Shown here: in pieces, positions 24,707-39,770 of the stretch
Numbering within the stretch: position 1 is the stretch's first letter
Layout of the letters: each line of letters starts with the position of its first letter
Source: Octopus vulgaris
Taxonomy: Eukaryota
Direction of reading: 5' to 3'
Length of the DNA stretch: 64,000 nt
Assembly: GCA_951406725.2 (NCBI GenBank)
Contig: OX597822.1
Location: forward strand, 54,064,001-54,128,000
Notes under the pieces: generated by a model
What the model was told of the DNA's origin: nothing
Seen by the model: the letters and a program-made list of their open reading frames with translations, nothing else
The model's database searches: none
Made by a program: the position numbers and the translations under genes

Positions 24707-24895
24707 TGATGTTGTTGTTGCTGCTGCTGCTGCTGGCAGAATCGTTACTGCGCCGGACAAGATGCTTAGGGACAAGTCTTCCGTCTGCACATTCTGAATT
24801 AAAATGCCGCAGAGGCCAATCTTTCCTTCATCTATTCGGGGTCATTAAAATAGGTTCAAGCGGAGCACTGGGACCAATCTAATCGACTTATCTCT

Positions 24896-24995
24896 NNNNN
24901 NNNNNNNNNNNNNNNNNNNNNNNNNNNNNNNNNNNNNNNNNNNNNNNNNNNNNNNNNNNNNNNNNNNNNNNNNNNNNNNNNNNNNNNNNNNNNNN
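24896..24995. other. Assembly gap (100 N)
   Basis: Exactly 100 Ns, a conventional unknown-size scaffold gap. Confidence 1.
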
Positions 24996-26994
24996 CACTT
25001 GGATTCTTTATCCAAAATTCAGACAGAACTTATGGGATGACCTGAGATATATACACTGGCGAAAATATATTTAAGATCGACGATAAAAGTTCTATTTCTT
25101 ACAAAATATTTTGTTACTAACACCATACAAATTATTTATATCTTTTACACCTTATGCAAAATTTATTTCTCTTTCGAATGATGCAAACAATGTTTATACA
25201 GCTTGAAGAATTCTAATGCTAAATTAATATATATTTCTTTACTGCCCACAAGGGGCTAAATATAGCGGGGACAAACAAGGACAGACAAACAGATTAAGTC
25301 GATTACATCGACCCCAGTGCGTAACTGGTACTTAATTTATCGACCCCGAAAGGATGAAAGGCAAAGTCGACCTCGGCGGAATTTGAACTCAGAACGTAAT
25401 ATAAACGTTTCAAATTTACCGGCAAAATTAGTTTAGGACCATGTAATACAATAATTTTAATGGAGATAACCTGCAGTATATAGTACAACATTTTGTCTCC
25501 GTATATGAGCTAAGTATTAATAAAATGTGGTACACGATAAACATTTCGGATATTTGTCTTAAAACATTCAGACAAGAAAATTCAGATGTAGCACATGAGA
25601 TATTATTCCGTACGAATATACACATATTTATGTTAAGAGTTTCATGATAAAAATATAGAAATATTGGGTTGTCCGGAAAGTTCGTGCCGATTCATTGTAG
25701 CTTATCTTTCGACTTATTTTAGAACATGTTTGAGTTCATAAAATAGGATTTGACTACACCTCCATTTAAAGCACAGTTTAAGCTATCTTTTCGTGGAAGA
25801 AGGTTTATGTTCCTATAACCTGTGTTAATTCTGTAACCCTTTAAAATAAAAGATGAGAAAGTTCATTTTTGGCACTTGATGCTTTGGGAACCAGACAAAA
25901 ATTGCTGCAGCTCGGCTGGGATGTGTTACCCCCATCCTCCCTATTCCCCAGATATTGCTCCTTCGAATTTCCACTTATTCAGGTCTCTACAGAAAAGTTT
26001 TAATGGTAAAAATTTCAATTCCTTGGATGACGTAAAAAGATATCTTGATGAATTCTTTGCCATGAAACCACCCCAATTCTGGGAAGAGGGTATTTTCAAG
26101 GTAAAGGAAAGATGGAGACGTATTGTGCAACGAAATGGTTCAGATTTGGTTCATTAAAAATGTAATGGCAAGTATTTAGTGACCTTTACTTTCCTTTAAA
26201 AATCGGAACGAACTTTCCGGACAACCTAATATAAATATAACAATGAAATACGAATATAAACATGAAAAATAAAAACCTAAATTGAAAGAGGCGATTAAAA
26301 TGTTTTTCCTAACCTGCAGCCGTTTCAGAAAAGTGGTTGTACGAAGTATTCGAAATTCAACCCTCCTTCCTCAGGGTTCCTTTCTCGAGGTAAAATCCAG
26401 CAAAAAGCATTAAGGCACTACATGGTGAGTATTCAGTTGGTGAAAGTTCAGTTTTTGAGTATCGATGAATAAGCGACAGCATAATATCAGGTTCTGCGAT
26501 ATTTTCAAGAGGATTACAACGTTTAAATAAGAAATGAAATTTATTGAAAGGTTAACTTTAGTTAATCATGCAAATAATAGCCAATGGGAACATTCCACGC
26601 TGTACTGATTACTATAAAAAAATAATTTAAGATTACAGGTTTGTGCATAAGTGTTAATTGGATCTAATGATCTAATTGAACCGTATTTTCAAAAAGCTTT
26701 TATATTCTAAAAAAATATATTTTAAAGTTTAAGAAAATTATAAGACGCTAAATATTTATGCTCACAACATACTAAAATGTCTGTAATTTTTTTTTATATA
26801 GGGGTGAATAAATGAATTCTTGTGTCCCCTATATCTGATTTTAAAATCAGTAGTACTCCCTATATAAATTTTTCTAAGTCCGGAGCGTTAAACTAATAAA
26901 CCTGTTTGCTGTTTACACACCCGTCTTCGACTTTTGTTCGTTTCTTTTGTAAATTCCAAATATATATGTATGTATGTGTGTGTATGCATATATG

Positions 26995-27055
<61 letters not shown>

Positions 27056-30000
27056 CTTCGTAGACAGGAACTGAAACAAATCGATCGTATATATATGTAT
27101 GTATATATGTAAGTGTATGTGTTTTGGTATTGGAAACATGAATGACAACAGCCAGAGACTACTTGAATTTTGCACATACCATAACCTGTGCATCACTAAC
27201 ACATTCATGTCCACAGATATAGCAACATCTACGATGATGGACACTTTTTTTCCCCTTGTCCAGAACCATAATACCCGGTCGCCTTGCATGAAGTTCGCGA
27301 TCTCTCTATTCATTTAAATCGCATAAAACCTTATACAGGTCGTCCCATTTTCTTCCTATCTCAAACCCTCTTAACCGTAATATGTCCTAGTGTAGTGCTT
27401 TGGCCACACAGTCGTGACTGTGTCTATATTCCTTCTTTGCCAAAGAACCACAGGAACTTTTTATGTGCATAACGGATTCTTCTTTCTCATTACATACTCT
27501 GCACGTTGCACTTGGTCTATTTTGGCCTTAATGATGTTCGTTCCCAGTGACTGTCTTTTAGCAGTCATTATGCGTCCTTCCGATTCTTTCTTAAGATCTC
27601 CATTCTTCAGCCATATTCAAAACTCCTTTGCTGCAACATCCTGCATTTGTCTGAGATGCTGACCGTATAGTTCTTTTCCTCAGATATTTCTTTCTCGTCT
27701 CTGTTTTCTTGCATTCCTTTGCTGTCTCCACGGCTTTTCCTCCTCTCCCCTGGCAGCTGAAATCAGTCCCTCTAAGTTGCTTCTCACATACTCTTCTACA
27801 TCGCATTTTCCCATCTCTACGCAGTCTTCTATTGATATCAGTCCTCTCCCCAAATCCGTCCGTGGTGGGTGTAAGCTATCGACTCTCTGGGGTGTGACAA
27901 CCTGAACGTAGAAATTACCTTTCTGTTCTTACAATTTATATCACTTAGTTCTTCCAAAGTCCAGTTCAGGAAAGCAGCGGCATATCGCATTAGAGAGCCC
28001 GCCCATGTGTTTACTGCAGAGATGCTTTTCCCTCCATTCAGTTTTGTGCTTAGCACCTTTTTTGCTCTCCTGACATATTCGTGTCTCACCTTCTCTTTCA
28101 TTTCTTCGCAGAGAATTCTCTGCCCCCAATGCACGTAATATTTGTAACGGTCTCCCTCATTCGTTGCTTGGATTTATGTCTGTTTTGGTAGTTTAATCCC
28201 TCCTGACTAGGATGCTTTACCTCTCTTTATCTATAGCATCGTACATTTATCTACACCAAAATGCTTAGCGGCATTTTGTCCGTCTTTACGTTCTGAGTTC
28301 AAATTCCGCCGAGGTTGACTTTGCCTTTCATCTTTTCGGGGTCGATAAAATTAGTTTGTATTCATTTATGCGTCCTTTTCAAGCTAGCCAGGCTCATAGG
28401 CCCGGTTTCCCGCCTTCTGTGGCGTATGTGTTCCCCCCAGCTTGACGGGACACCAGTCCATCGCAGCGTTACTCAAGAAGCAGGAAGAAAGATTGAGAGA
28501 AAGTTGGGGCGAAAGAGAGTACAACAGGGGTCGCCACCACCCCCTGCCGGAGCCTCGTGAAGCTTTAGGTGTTTTCGCTCAATAAACACACACAACGCCC
28601 GGTCTGGGAATCGAAACCGCGATCCTCCGACCGCGAGTCTGCTACCCTAACCACTGGGCCATTGCGCCTCCACGATAAAATAAGTACCAGTCAAATACAA
28701 CTTCCTCCTCTCCTCGAACACTGTTGGCCCTTGGCCAAAATTTGTAACCATTATTATTATCAACATCATTATCATTATCAGCAGCAACAGCACCAAAAGC
28801 AGATTACTTTCGAGAACGAGCCAGCAGGGAAGCATCTAGAAGGTACTAGAAATAATAACCAAATTTCCCTCGAATCATATTTACCCTCTTAAAAAAGTGT
28901 GGATGAGGACATTCGTGTTAAACTATATCTTATATTTTCAGTTTCAGTCATTAGACTGCGGCCATGCTTGGGCAACGCCTGGAATAATTTTTAGTCGAAT
29001 TAATCGAATCCAGTAATTGGTTTATCGGTCCATTTTGCCGAGTCGTTAAGTTACTGGGGTGTAAAAACACCAACACGGTTGTCAAGCAGTGCTGGGGGAC
29101 AAACACAAAGACAGACACCCATAGATAGATAGATAGATATATAGATATGCGACGAGCTTCTTTCAGTTAAGTCGATTTCATCGACCCCAGTGCGTAACTG
29201 GTACTTAATTTATCGACCCCGAGAGGATGAAAAGCAAAGTCGACCTCGGCGGAATTTGAACTCAGAACATAACACAGTGGGACTGAACCCGGAACTATGT
29301 AGTTGGGAAGCAAACCTCTCACCATACAGCTACGCCAGCGCCTTGAGGATATTATTATTTTTAATGTACAACGGTATGGGCAAAGCTGGCAGAAAGGCGG
29401 CGAGCTGGCAGAAACGTTAGCACGCCGGGCGAAATGCTTAGCGGTATTTCGTCTGCGTTACGTTGTGAGTTCAAATTCCGCCGAGGTCGACTTTGCCTTT
29501 CATCCTTTCGGGGTCGATAAATTAAGTACCAGTTACGCACTGGGGTCGATGTAATCGACTTAATACCTATGTCTGTCCCCTCTGTGTTTAGCCCCTTGTG
29601 GGTAATAAAGAAATAGATGTGGGCAAAGCTAGAGCCTTGCCCATACCGTTGTACATTTGATCGTAGGTCTGCTGGCTCAAACCTGATCCAAGGTTAAACA
29701 ACAACAACAATAGCAGCAACAATTTTCTGGGAATATCTGGTCAAAGAGTAAAACATTCAAATAAATGGTAGGAGACGAGATCTGAGCTCAGAATATCGAT
29801 TCGTTTCGTCAAATTTAACTCTAGAGGCATAGGTTGAGAGTAACAAAGAGGGAGTGTATTTAAAAATATCAAATTTCAGTAGAATATTTAATAGTACTTT
29901 ACTTTAATCCACCCCAAAACTATTGACCTTTCTTCTAGTTGACATTTACGCAACATTTGACAAACAACTTATTTACGTATCTACTTGCATCTCTCTCTCT

Positions 30001-33000
30001 TTCTCTCTCTGACGTTACAATGTATGTATTCATTAATATATCCAGTTCATGAGTATCACTTTTCCAGCTTAAGTGACTGGTGTGTATGTGTGTTTGTTCG
30101 TGCGTGCGTGCGTGCGTGTGTGTGTAGTGTAATAGCAGCCTTGCTAAATCGTTTCGGAGTTTCAAATTATAGCGTTTCCCAGTAAGACAAATATTCCTTT
30201 GTTAAGTCAAATCATGCAAGATATATATATAATCTTTATTATAATAATAGCCGATATAAATGTTGGCTGGTTGTTTGGTTGGTTGGTTGGTTTTTCTAGT
30301 GATGCTTTACATCATATAGGGAGGGTGGAGGCGCAATGGCCCAGTGGTTGGGGTAGCGGACTCGCGGTCATAGGATCGCGGTTTCGATTCCCAGACCGGG
30401 CGTTGTGAGTGTTTATTGAGCGAAAACACCTAAAGCTCCACGAGGCTCCGGCAGGGGATGGTGGTGATCCCTGCTGTACTCTTTCACCACAACTTTCTCT
30501 CACTCTTACTTCCTGTTTCTGTTGTACCTGTATTTCAAAGGGCCGGCCTTGTCACTCTCTGTGTCACGCTGAATATCCCCGAGAACTACGTTGAGGGTAC
30601 ACGTGTCTGTGGAGTGCTCAGCCACTTACACGTTAATTTTACGAGCAGGCTGTTCCGTTGATTCGGATCAACCGGAACCCTCGTCGTCGTAACCGACGGA
30701 GTGCTTCCACATATAGGGAGGAGGGAAAATAGAGTCAACATAAAAAGTTAAAATCGATAGTGGTAGGAGCAAGGTAAAGATGAAAAAAAATCTTCGTAGT
30801 CGATAGGTACCAAATATCTTAAATATACTCGCACGCACGCGTGCGCTGCACATAATTTTCGGTCCATCGCGCACAGACAGGCGACAGGCATCAATGCAGT
30901 TTAAATAGAAAGATAAACATGACAGCTAAAAAAAAAGAGAGGTAAAAAGCATTAGGTTTACATAACCATAATTGTGTGCATACATGTATGTATGTGTGAT
31001 CGTGTGTGTGTGTGCATGTGATACTTAATATTAATAGGACTGTTTACCCATAATGGAAAAGTATATTTCCAAATTTACCCGTGTATTACAGTGTATTACA
31101 TATTGCCGTGTTGTGCAGTGTAATACCCGCTGATGATCCTTTCGGGGTCGATGAAATAAGTACCAGTTGCGTACTGGTGTTGATGTAATCGACTCGCCCT
31201 CTCTGCACAAAATTTCATTATTCTAGCCGCTTGCTAGTAACTTTTTTTAAAGAGGCGGCGAACTGGCAGAAATGTTAGCACTCCGGGCGAAATGCGTAGC
31301 CGTATTTCGTCTGCCGTTACGTTCTGAGTTCAAATTCCACCGAGGTCGACTTTGCCTTTCATCTTTTCGGGGTTGATAAATTAAATACCAGTTACGCACT
31401 GGGTCGATATAATCGACTTAATCCGTTTGTCTGTCCTTGTTTGTCCCCTCTGTGTTTAGCCCCTTGTGGGTATAAAGAAATAGATATAGTAAAAAGAATT
31501 ACTTAAGGCTGCAAGCTGGCAGAATCGTTAGCACGCCGGGTAGAATGCTTCGCGATATAGTAAAAACAATGACTTAAGGATGCGAGCTGACAGAATCGTT
31601 AGCACGCTAGGCGAAGTATTTCGTCCGTCTTTAAGTTTTGATCTCCTTCTTAGGGGATCGATAAAATAAGTACCAGCTAAGTACTGGAGTCGATGCAATC
31701 GACTATACCCCGCTTTAAAATTTCAGGCCTTGTGCCTACAGTAGAAATAATTATTGATAATAATTAATTAATAATAAAAATAATAATTTCTTATTTTTGC
31801 ACAAGGCCAGCAATTTTGAGGCTCAACTTTTACAGTGCTCAACTTGTACTTATTTCATCGGCTCCGAAAAGATGAAAGGCAAAGTCGACCTCGACGGAAT
31901 TCGAGATCAAAACTTAAAGATGGACGAAATACCGCGAAGTAATTTTGCCCAGCGTGCTAACGATTCCATCAGCTCGCCACCTAAAGTAATTCTTTTACTA
32001 TAGGTACAAGGCTTGAGATTTTTGCGGGAGGGGGCTAGTCGGTTACATCCACTCCATTATTTGCCTGGTACTTATTTTATCGACCTTGAAAGGCTGAATG
32101 GGAAAGTCGACCTCAACGAAATTTGAACTGAGAACGTAAAGACGAACGAAATGCCGCTAAGTATTTTGACCGATGTGTTACAATAATAATGCACACACTT
32201 GTACTTGCAGAACGATGTTACTGTTTGCGTTGTTAACACTTTATCATTGGAAGTGCAGTTGTTGATTTACCGGTTATACTACTTCGCAAGACCACTGATC
32301 AAAATGGGTTTTATTCCTTGGTGGTTTTAAAAACCAATTACACTTGTTTACCGTTTATCGATCTCGGAAATGGACAGCAGGAAAAATAACAGAGAAAAAG
32401 CGAATATGATAATATCATTATCATTAAAATAAATGAATGACTAAAAACTAATTGTCTTAATAAATTTAATAGACTAACACTCAGTACTATTATTCAACGG
32501 AAAAGTGACACTAAGCATGTTTAAATCTGCTGTTATGCAAGTAAGCACCTTATAAAAAGGAAATTATTTAGGCAGTTACTATGCAAGCCATTAACTAATA
32601 ATCCTGATCGTTTGTTCATTAACGTCTTTGTCACCGAAACATGTCCATCAATGTCCATGCTACTCACGCAACAAATAGTATTTTAGGCTTACATAGAGTA
32701 TTGTTGACTGGCACTCCGTCGGTTACTGCGACGAGGCTTCCAGCTAATCCGATCAACGGAACAGCAAATTAACGTGCAAGAGGCTGAGCACTCCACAGGC
32801 TGGTTCAGCATGATACACAGTGTGATGAGGCTGGCCTTATGAAACACAAGTACTATTCATTTTTGGCTGCTGTGTGGAGTGGATCAACTTGGAATAAAGT
32901 GTCTTGCTCAAGGACGGAACACGCCGCAGGAAACCGAACTCACGACCGTGTACCGCTTACCCTAACCACTAAGCCACGTGCCTTCACTAGAGTATGGATA

Positions 33001-34175
33001 AGACTAAGGTATTGCAGAGAGAATTTCTAGTTTTGCAAGACTATTCACTTTATTATTTATACAGCAAACAGTTTTTGGTACGGAAGCAAATTTTGGTTCA
33101 TCCTGCTTCCTTCTTGTTTTGTAAATATGTTTCATTGTATCTTCTGGCTTTGTATTTGCTTTGCAAGATTTTTGATGTAAAATCGTGTGTTGAAAGAGAC
33201 TTTATTTCATTATGCCAACAAGAAACACACGTACTGATTGTATTTCAGTTGTTGTTATTGTTGTTGTTGCTGTTGCTGTTGTTGTCGTCGTCGTCTTCTT
33301 CTTCTTCTTCTTCTTCTTCTTCTTCTTCTTCTTCTTCTTCTTCTTCTTCTTCTTCTTCTTCTTCTTCTTCTTCTTCTTCTTCTTCCAATCAGGACTCACA
33401 CCATTAACCATAAATATAAAACTCTAATTCGAGCCTACTCTAAGTTACTAAGAATGCGTGTGGAAAGATCCACCCACCACATGCAATAGAAAGCTACGTT
33501 GTTATCCTCATTACGTAAACGGTGGCTTTTAACGGTTGGAGAGCGGAACCATCCTGGAGTACAGAGGATTCGCAATCTAGACTAGGGTCTGAAAGTTTAC
33601 CACACCATAGTGGGTTACACCATGGTTCCTGGCAGAAGTAGGAAGAAAGAGTGAGAGAAAGTTGTGGTGAAAAAGTACAGCGGGGTTCACCACCACCCTC
33701 CGCCGGAGCATTGTGGAGCTTAGGTGTTTTTTGCCCAATAAACACTCACAATGCCCGGTCTGAAAATCGAAACCGCGGTCTTACGACCGCGAGTCCGCTG
33801 CCCTAACCACTGGGCCATTGCGCCTCCACTGATGTTGTTGTTGCTGCTGCTGCTGCTGGCAGAATCGTTACTGCGCCGGACAAGATGCTTAGGGACAAGT
33901 CTTCCGTCTGCACGTTCTGAATTAAAATGCCGCAGAGGCCAATCTTTCCTTCATCTATTCGGGGTCATTAAAATAGGTTCAAGCGGAGCACTGGGACCAA
34001 TCTAATCGACTTATCTCTCTCCTGAAAATTACTACCTTATGCCAAAATGTGAAACCATTTTTAAAGTAAAAGTCAAAGGGTTAAGCATTTAATCAATTAT
34101 CTAGGTCCTCAGAGTCTTTTCGTCATTATTCGTGACCTCATCAACGATACGCTCTCGCTACTTCACGTCTGTGTA

Positions 34176-35496
34176 CAAGAAGTCAAAAATTATCCGCACT
34201 ATTAGCGAAACCTTCTTTAGGTTGGCTGCACTACCTTCAGTGCTCACGTGCTAAAAAGGTTGTACTCTTGTGGTTATGCAACCGAGGTTTGACCCTCATC
34301 GCCCCAGTTTTCTTAACCTGTGTTATATAGTAAACTCGGCCGCTCCGCTGGCAGTGTGCACTGAAAAAAACCCCAGAGATCAGTGATCTCTTTTCTCTGG
34401 TCTGAAGGCGTGTCAGGAGCTAAAATTTATCGCAGACTTTCAGTACAATACAGGAACACAATTCTATCACATAGAAGTGTGTATGAGTGAACCGAGAAGC
34501 TTAGAAATGAAATTGCCGGACAAACGTGAAGCACGAAAAGCGATCAGGATGCCCATCAACCTCCACCACTGAGGTGAAGATTCAACAATCTTGAGAGATG
34601 GTTCTGGCGAACTGATGAGTGACCATCAACGATGTGACATGGTCTCTGCAAATTAGTCATGGTTTTTCATACGAAATCATCGACGAGAAGCTTCGCTTCC
34701 GTAAAATCTGTACGAGATAAGTGCCAAGAGAACTCACCTAAGTGCATATGCACAATCGTGAGGAGGTCCGTCAGCGCTTATTCAACCATTACAACGATGA
34801 TGGCGAAGCATTTTCTGGTGGGGAGTGGAGAGCATAACCACGGAAGATGGAACCTGGGTCCATCACTTTGAGCCAGAATCCAAAAGGCAGAGTATGAAGT
34901 GGAAACACCCGGAATCGCCAGCGAAAAAGAAGTTCAATACTCAACCTTCTACAGGAAAGTGCTTCTAATCCTTCTGGGGGTGCAAAAGGGAATTTCTGGA
35001 ACATTACCTAGAAAAGAGATCTACAGTCACCAGTGTAGACTGCAGTGAAATGCTGGCCAATAAACTGAGATCATCAATTTGCACCAAACACCAAGGTCTA
35101 CTGTCAAAGAAAGTGTTATTGCTGCACTACAATGCACCCCCATATACAGCCACCCACACAGCTGGGACTATGGAAAAATTGGGTTTCGAGTTGCTGGAAC
35201 TCTATGCATAAAGTTCAGATCTCACCTCTTCTGACTATCATCTCTTTGGACCGTTCAAACATTTTTTACGAGGTCACCGATCTGCTACGAACGAAGAAGC
35301 GCAGGAAGCGGTGCATAAGTGGCTGAGCGACCAACTGCAAACCTTTTCCAGTGGAATAAGCAAGCCTGTTGACCGTTGGAAAAAGTGCATTGAGAAGCTA
35401 GGACACTCTGTCGAAAATGATGTAACGGGTCTACCCCTGTTTTTGTTTTAATAAATTACAGAAACAAGAGTGCATAACATTTTTTGCTAATTCTTG
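34176..35496 (+). mobile_element. Full-length but heavily decayed mariner transposon
   Basis: TA-flanked imperfect TIRs (CAAGAAGTCAAAAATTATCCGCACT / AGTGCATAACATTTTTTGCTAATTCTTG). Remnants WVHHFEPESKRQSMKWKH, LLLHYNAPPY, DLTSSDYHLFGP and DRWKKCIE. Confidence 0.85.
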
Positions 35497-35841
35497 TAGA
35501 TAAATTTGTCTGTTCTTGTACAATATTGTAGTTCTCAGTGATCCTCTTGTCATACTTTGGTACCTTCACTGAGCGGGTCTAATAACACTGAAATATATCC
35601 TGAGTTATCTCCCATACTTGTCCAAATGACAGAGATAATGTTGTCTTCTCCTCACCATATAAGTATATCTAACTGGGTAGTTCATGCTGACTACATTAAA
35701 TATGTTGACACAAACTTCACAAACTTCACAAACTTAGTTATCGTGAGATGGACGGCATCTCTGAATAATTAACCACCTCAGTGATTAATATGCTAATTTT
35801 TCACACCTACACAGTGATTCTGTCATTACTACTTACGAGTA

Positions 35842-36058
35842 CGAAGGAGTGCTGAAAAGTTCCTGGTTTTAAGGGTGTCGCGAATGGCTTGGTTGGAGGC
35901 TCAACCTTCCGAGTTATTTTACAGGGCTCAGAAAAACCGAAAGACCGCTGTAATAAGAGTGTGAATCTGAGAGGGGTTTATGTTGAATAAAATCATAATT
36001 AACTGATTCTCTTGTATTTTCTTTTACTCAAAGCCAGGAACTTTTCAGCACCTACTCG
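35842..36058 (+). mobile_element. Mariner-derived MITE (217 bp)
   Basis: TIRs ..GTGCTGAAAAGTTCCTGG / CCAGGAACTTTTCAGCAC.. with TA flanks. Confidence 0.85.
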
Positions 36059-36129
36059 TATATGTCTAGTCACAGACATCATAACAGCAAACAGATGTTA
36101 GTGTATATTTAGTTGAGAAAGTCTAATAT

Positions 36130-36542
36130 AGGTTTCAAATTTTGGCACAAGGCCAGCAGTTTCGGGAAAAGGGCTACGTCGATTACATTAATTCCAATGC
36201 TCAACTGGTACTTATTTTATCGACTCTGAAGGTATGAAAGGTAGAGTCGTACTCGGCGGAGTTTGAACTCAGAATGTAAAGACAGACGAATGCTGCCAGC
36301 TCGCCGCCTTTAGAGAAAGTCTAATATTGCTTTCAGATTTCGGCACATGGCCAGCAGTTTCGAGGAAGGGGTAAGTCGACTACATCGAACCCAGTGCTCA
36401 ACTGGTACTTAATTTATCGACCGCGAAAGGATGAAAGGCAAAAGTCAACTTCGACAAAATTTGAACTCAGAACGTAAAATCGGATGACATGCCACCAAGC
36501 ATTTCGCCGGACGTGCTAATAATTCTGTCATCTCACCGCCTT
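36130..36542 (-). mobile_element. Two family A-related SINE copies
   Basis: Reverse-complement head and centre motifs; each copy is flanked by similar AAA(G/C)..TCTAAT sequence. Confidence 0.75.
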
Positions 36543-36556
36543 TGGAAAACATCTAA

Positions 36557-37100
36557 TGTTACACTGTTGAACGATGTAGTGTAAAGTTGTATAGAGTAGC
36601 ACAATATCGTGAAGAGTAGTGTATCAAGAACCTTATAGTCCCATTATATGTGTGTGTGTGAAAGAGAGAGAGAGAGAGAGGGAGAGAGAGAGTGAGAGAG
36701 GGGGAAAGGAGAGAGAGAGAGAGAGAGAGGAGAGCATGAGACGATGCAACAGATGGACGGCGAACAGATGCGGACAGCAACACAGGGCTGATATCAACAT
36801 AACGAACTACCGGCACAGCAACACAACGATTAGCGGTTAAGTTTTCGAATACTATTACGGTTACACCAAGAACAATAACATCCAACTCTCTCAACATTTG
36901 TCGTTCGTAGTCACAACAGCATTTGTCACTTGCTCGTGTACGAAAAGAATAAAAGTTTGTGGTAAAAAATCTCATCAGATTTCGTCTTCTATGTAAAACT
37001 GTTGATCTCCGACTCTAGAAATAACGGTCATCTCCCAACAGTCAGCTCCCAGCAGCCATCACAACAGCTAGGTTTCGGCAGTCAACCTCAGTTCAAGCGG
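36557..37100 (+). mobile_element. Possible old LTR with PBS-like remnant
   Basis: Starts TGTTAC, contains (GA)n and AATAAA, ends ..GTAAAAC followed by TGTTGATCTCCGAC (cf. Gypsy TGGTGACCCCGAC). No partner LTR in the window. Confidence 0.35.
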
Positions 37101-37142
37101 TGACCTCGTTCCATATGCCACGCTTCTATCTTTTATTTCTTA

Positions 37143-37534
37143 CTAGCAGTATCACCCGGCGTTGCTCGGGTTTGTAAGGGAAATAACTATAAAGCATTTT
37201 TAGAGAGTTATAGCCAAAAAATAGCAAAAAATGCATTAAAAATGGGAAAAAAAATTATGGTAAATTTTTTAAAAAATCGTTGACTCATCGTAGACATTTT
37301 TAGAGAGTTACTTCCCTTTATTTAAAAATATGTATTAAAATGGAAAAAAATGATGGTAAATTATTTTTAAAATTGTAGACTCATCGTAGATGCGCGCTAA
37401 TACCCAGAAGGGCTCGATATGAATCACGACTATAAGATACCCGGTTTTGGTTAAACTGCATCGCAAAATGTGGGATTAGTTAGGAATCTAAATCGGAGTA
37501 GACAGACACACAACCTTTCTTTTATATATAAAGA
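37143..37534 (-). mobile_element. Non-autonomous Helitron
   Basis: Minus strand A|TCTTTATATATAAAAG ... CCCGAGCAACGCCGGG hairpin ... CTAG|T: 5' TC, subterminal hairpin, 3' CTAG, A/T insertion site, no TSD. Confidence 0.85.
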
Positions 37535-39770
37535 TATTAAGTTTCCTATTCTATGATTGTAAATGTTTTTGATATCCTTCCGATCCACACTCTATCAAAT
37601 CTAATGTATCTGTACTCAAGAGTTTGGTTTTGTTTTCGTCCCTTTTTTACATTGACAACTTACGTGTTATTACCCCAAGTACTCCTATGTAAAAAATACG
37701 CCCTTTATTCCTCGACTTTTCGTACGCTGGTATCATCTAAACAGCAGACACACGCTGCTTCCAGGAACAGAGATTTTAGAAACATGTTCGAAAGAAAATA
37801 TATTTGATTGATTGACTTTCCGATTTGGTTGAACAATCAATCCCAACCAGTCGGGATTCACAATACAGGTTGTTCCAGTCATCATTTTGATCGCTGAATA
37901 CAAAATGTGGCTTGCGAGACCGCCGTTCGGACGATTTTCTTGAGTCACTACCTCATCTTTGTACGCCAATTTATAGCCGAGTAGACTAGAGCCACGCAAT
38001 ATGAAGTGTATTGTTCAATCAAGGACACAACGCACAGCCGGTCTGGGAATCGAAATCGTGATCACGCGATTGTGAGTGCAACTTCTTAACCACTACAAAG
38101 ATACAGTCGCCTCATACACCAAGGAAACAGCCTTTTATATACGCTACCTACACATGAACAATACATCGAAGCTTTAAAGTCTCTACAGATGCTAGTTTTC
38201 GCAATCGTCGATAATCTTTCAAGGCGGTCACTCATACGTAACTAAATAACCTGACTACAACGTAGACAATTCTTCAGTGCGAGAAAATCGTTTAGCACCA
38301 GCCACTTGTTGGTCTTCTAGAAACCTGAAACATGAACTGCAGTAGGGCTGTTAATATATCAGGGACTTCCTGCAGTTACACGCATGGACACTACATTTTT
38401 AAAAAAAAGACTATTCAGTTCTGGCAAATCATTATTCACACTTTTATTGTTAGCTCACTGTTGCATTGTTTCTACTCGCTGTCTTCTATCATTAATACAA
38501 ATGATCTTTACTCACGTGAACTAGCCAGCTGTATAACTATGATCATCAAAGTCCACCTCGCATATTCACCTGTCTTTTTCTTGTCTTCCATAAAACCCCG
38601 TACAAAATACTTTTACCTAATCCTTCATGTTCAGAATTGTAAATCTCTGCAAAACACTTCCTGACCATCCATCCTCACCGCAGTCGTTAATATATTGAAA
38701 TTCGAACTGAACAATTAATAATATTAATCTCATCTATCCAGGGAGACCAACATTATTTTAAAGATGCATCTAGCGACTTTTAGGGATTTCATTTTCCTTC
38801 AGCTGATTATCTTAAGTTGAGCGATAATCTTTTGGTATCATCGAAACTATAGTAGAACATGATGACATACAAGAATAATCCATGATGACGCACAAGAATA
38901 ATTCCTTCTATGATAAATTTATCACTTTATTTCAACTGATTTTATCGCTTTCTTCTCTGTCGCCCGTTTAATTTATTCCGCAATAACAAATACAATAGAA
39001 ATACTGTCACGTTTCTTCCAACAACTGTCGAGTGATTCATCAATATCGATTATTTTAGTAGGTTTAAGCCGCCGTTCCTCTCATTAAAATAAAATTAACA
39101 GATGTTACTAAGAAGAGTTATAAAAATAAATATATACATAAAAGGGTAACATCTAAAATAGGTCTACAGAGTTGCTATAATTATTTGCAAAATGGTTGTT
39201 AACGTGACAAGACAGAAGTAAGGCTCAGCAAATCAGAATATACGTACTACTTCTGTTTGATTCCAAGTTGTAGTCACTTCACTTACGTCATTAATTTTGT
39301 TGTTGTTTAGTCCCAGGTTATTCTGATCTGATCAACGGTATAATAACCTTGAACCCTATTGGGTTTTTTTTGCATATCATAACCTACATTGTTCAATGTG
39401 CCCTTGTTTATTTTAGACGCTAGAAGTTCTAGTTGCTATTTCTATCAGGTTGAGTGACTACCTTGGGCTCTCTAATTATTACTAATGTTGTTGATAAAGG
39501 CATGTTTCTCACGACTTTTCATTGTTCACCCACTGTAAATATGAAGCAATGTGACTATATATAAGTTCAACTTTCAGCACAAGACTAGGAATTTTGAACG
39601 AGGCGGGATTAGTTTGCCAATTACATCAGCCATAGTATTTGAGCGGTACTTTAATTAATGGATCCAAAAGGAAGAAAGGCTAACTTGATCTCTACGTGAT
39701 CTGAACTCAGAACATAAAGAGCCGGAAGAAATACCGCATGGAGTTTTTTCTTGACACTCAAACGATTCTT

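Larger units (their letters stand above)
15734..24895. repeat. Copy 1 of ~9.1-kb near-identical duplication (copy 2 at 24996-34018)
   Basis: Sequence after the gap restarts at CACTTGGATTCTTTATC (=15734) and runs collinearly to AATCGACTTATCTCT (34018 = 24895). Confidence 0.95.
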
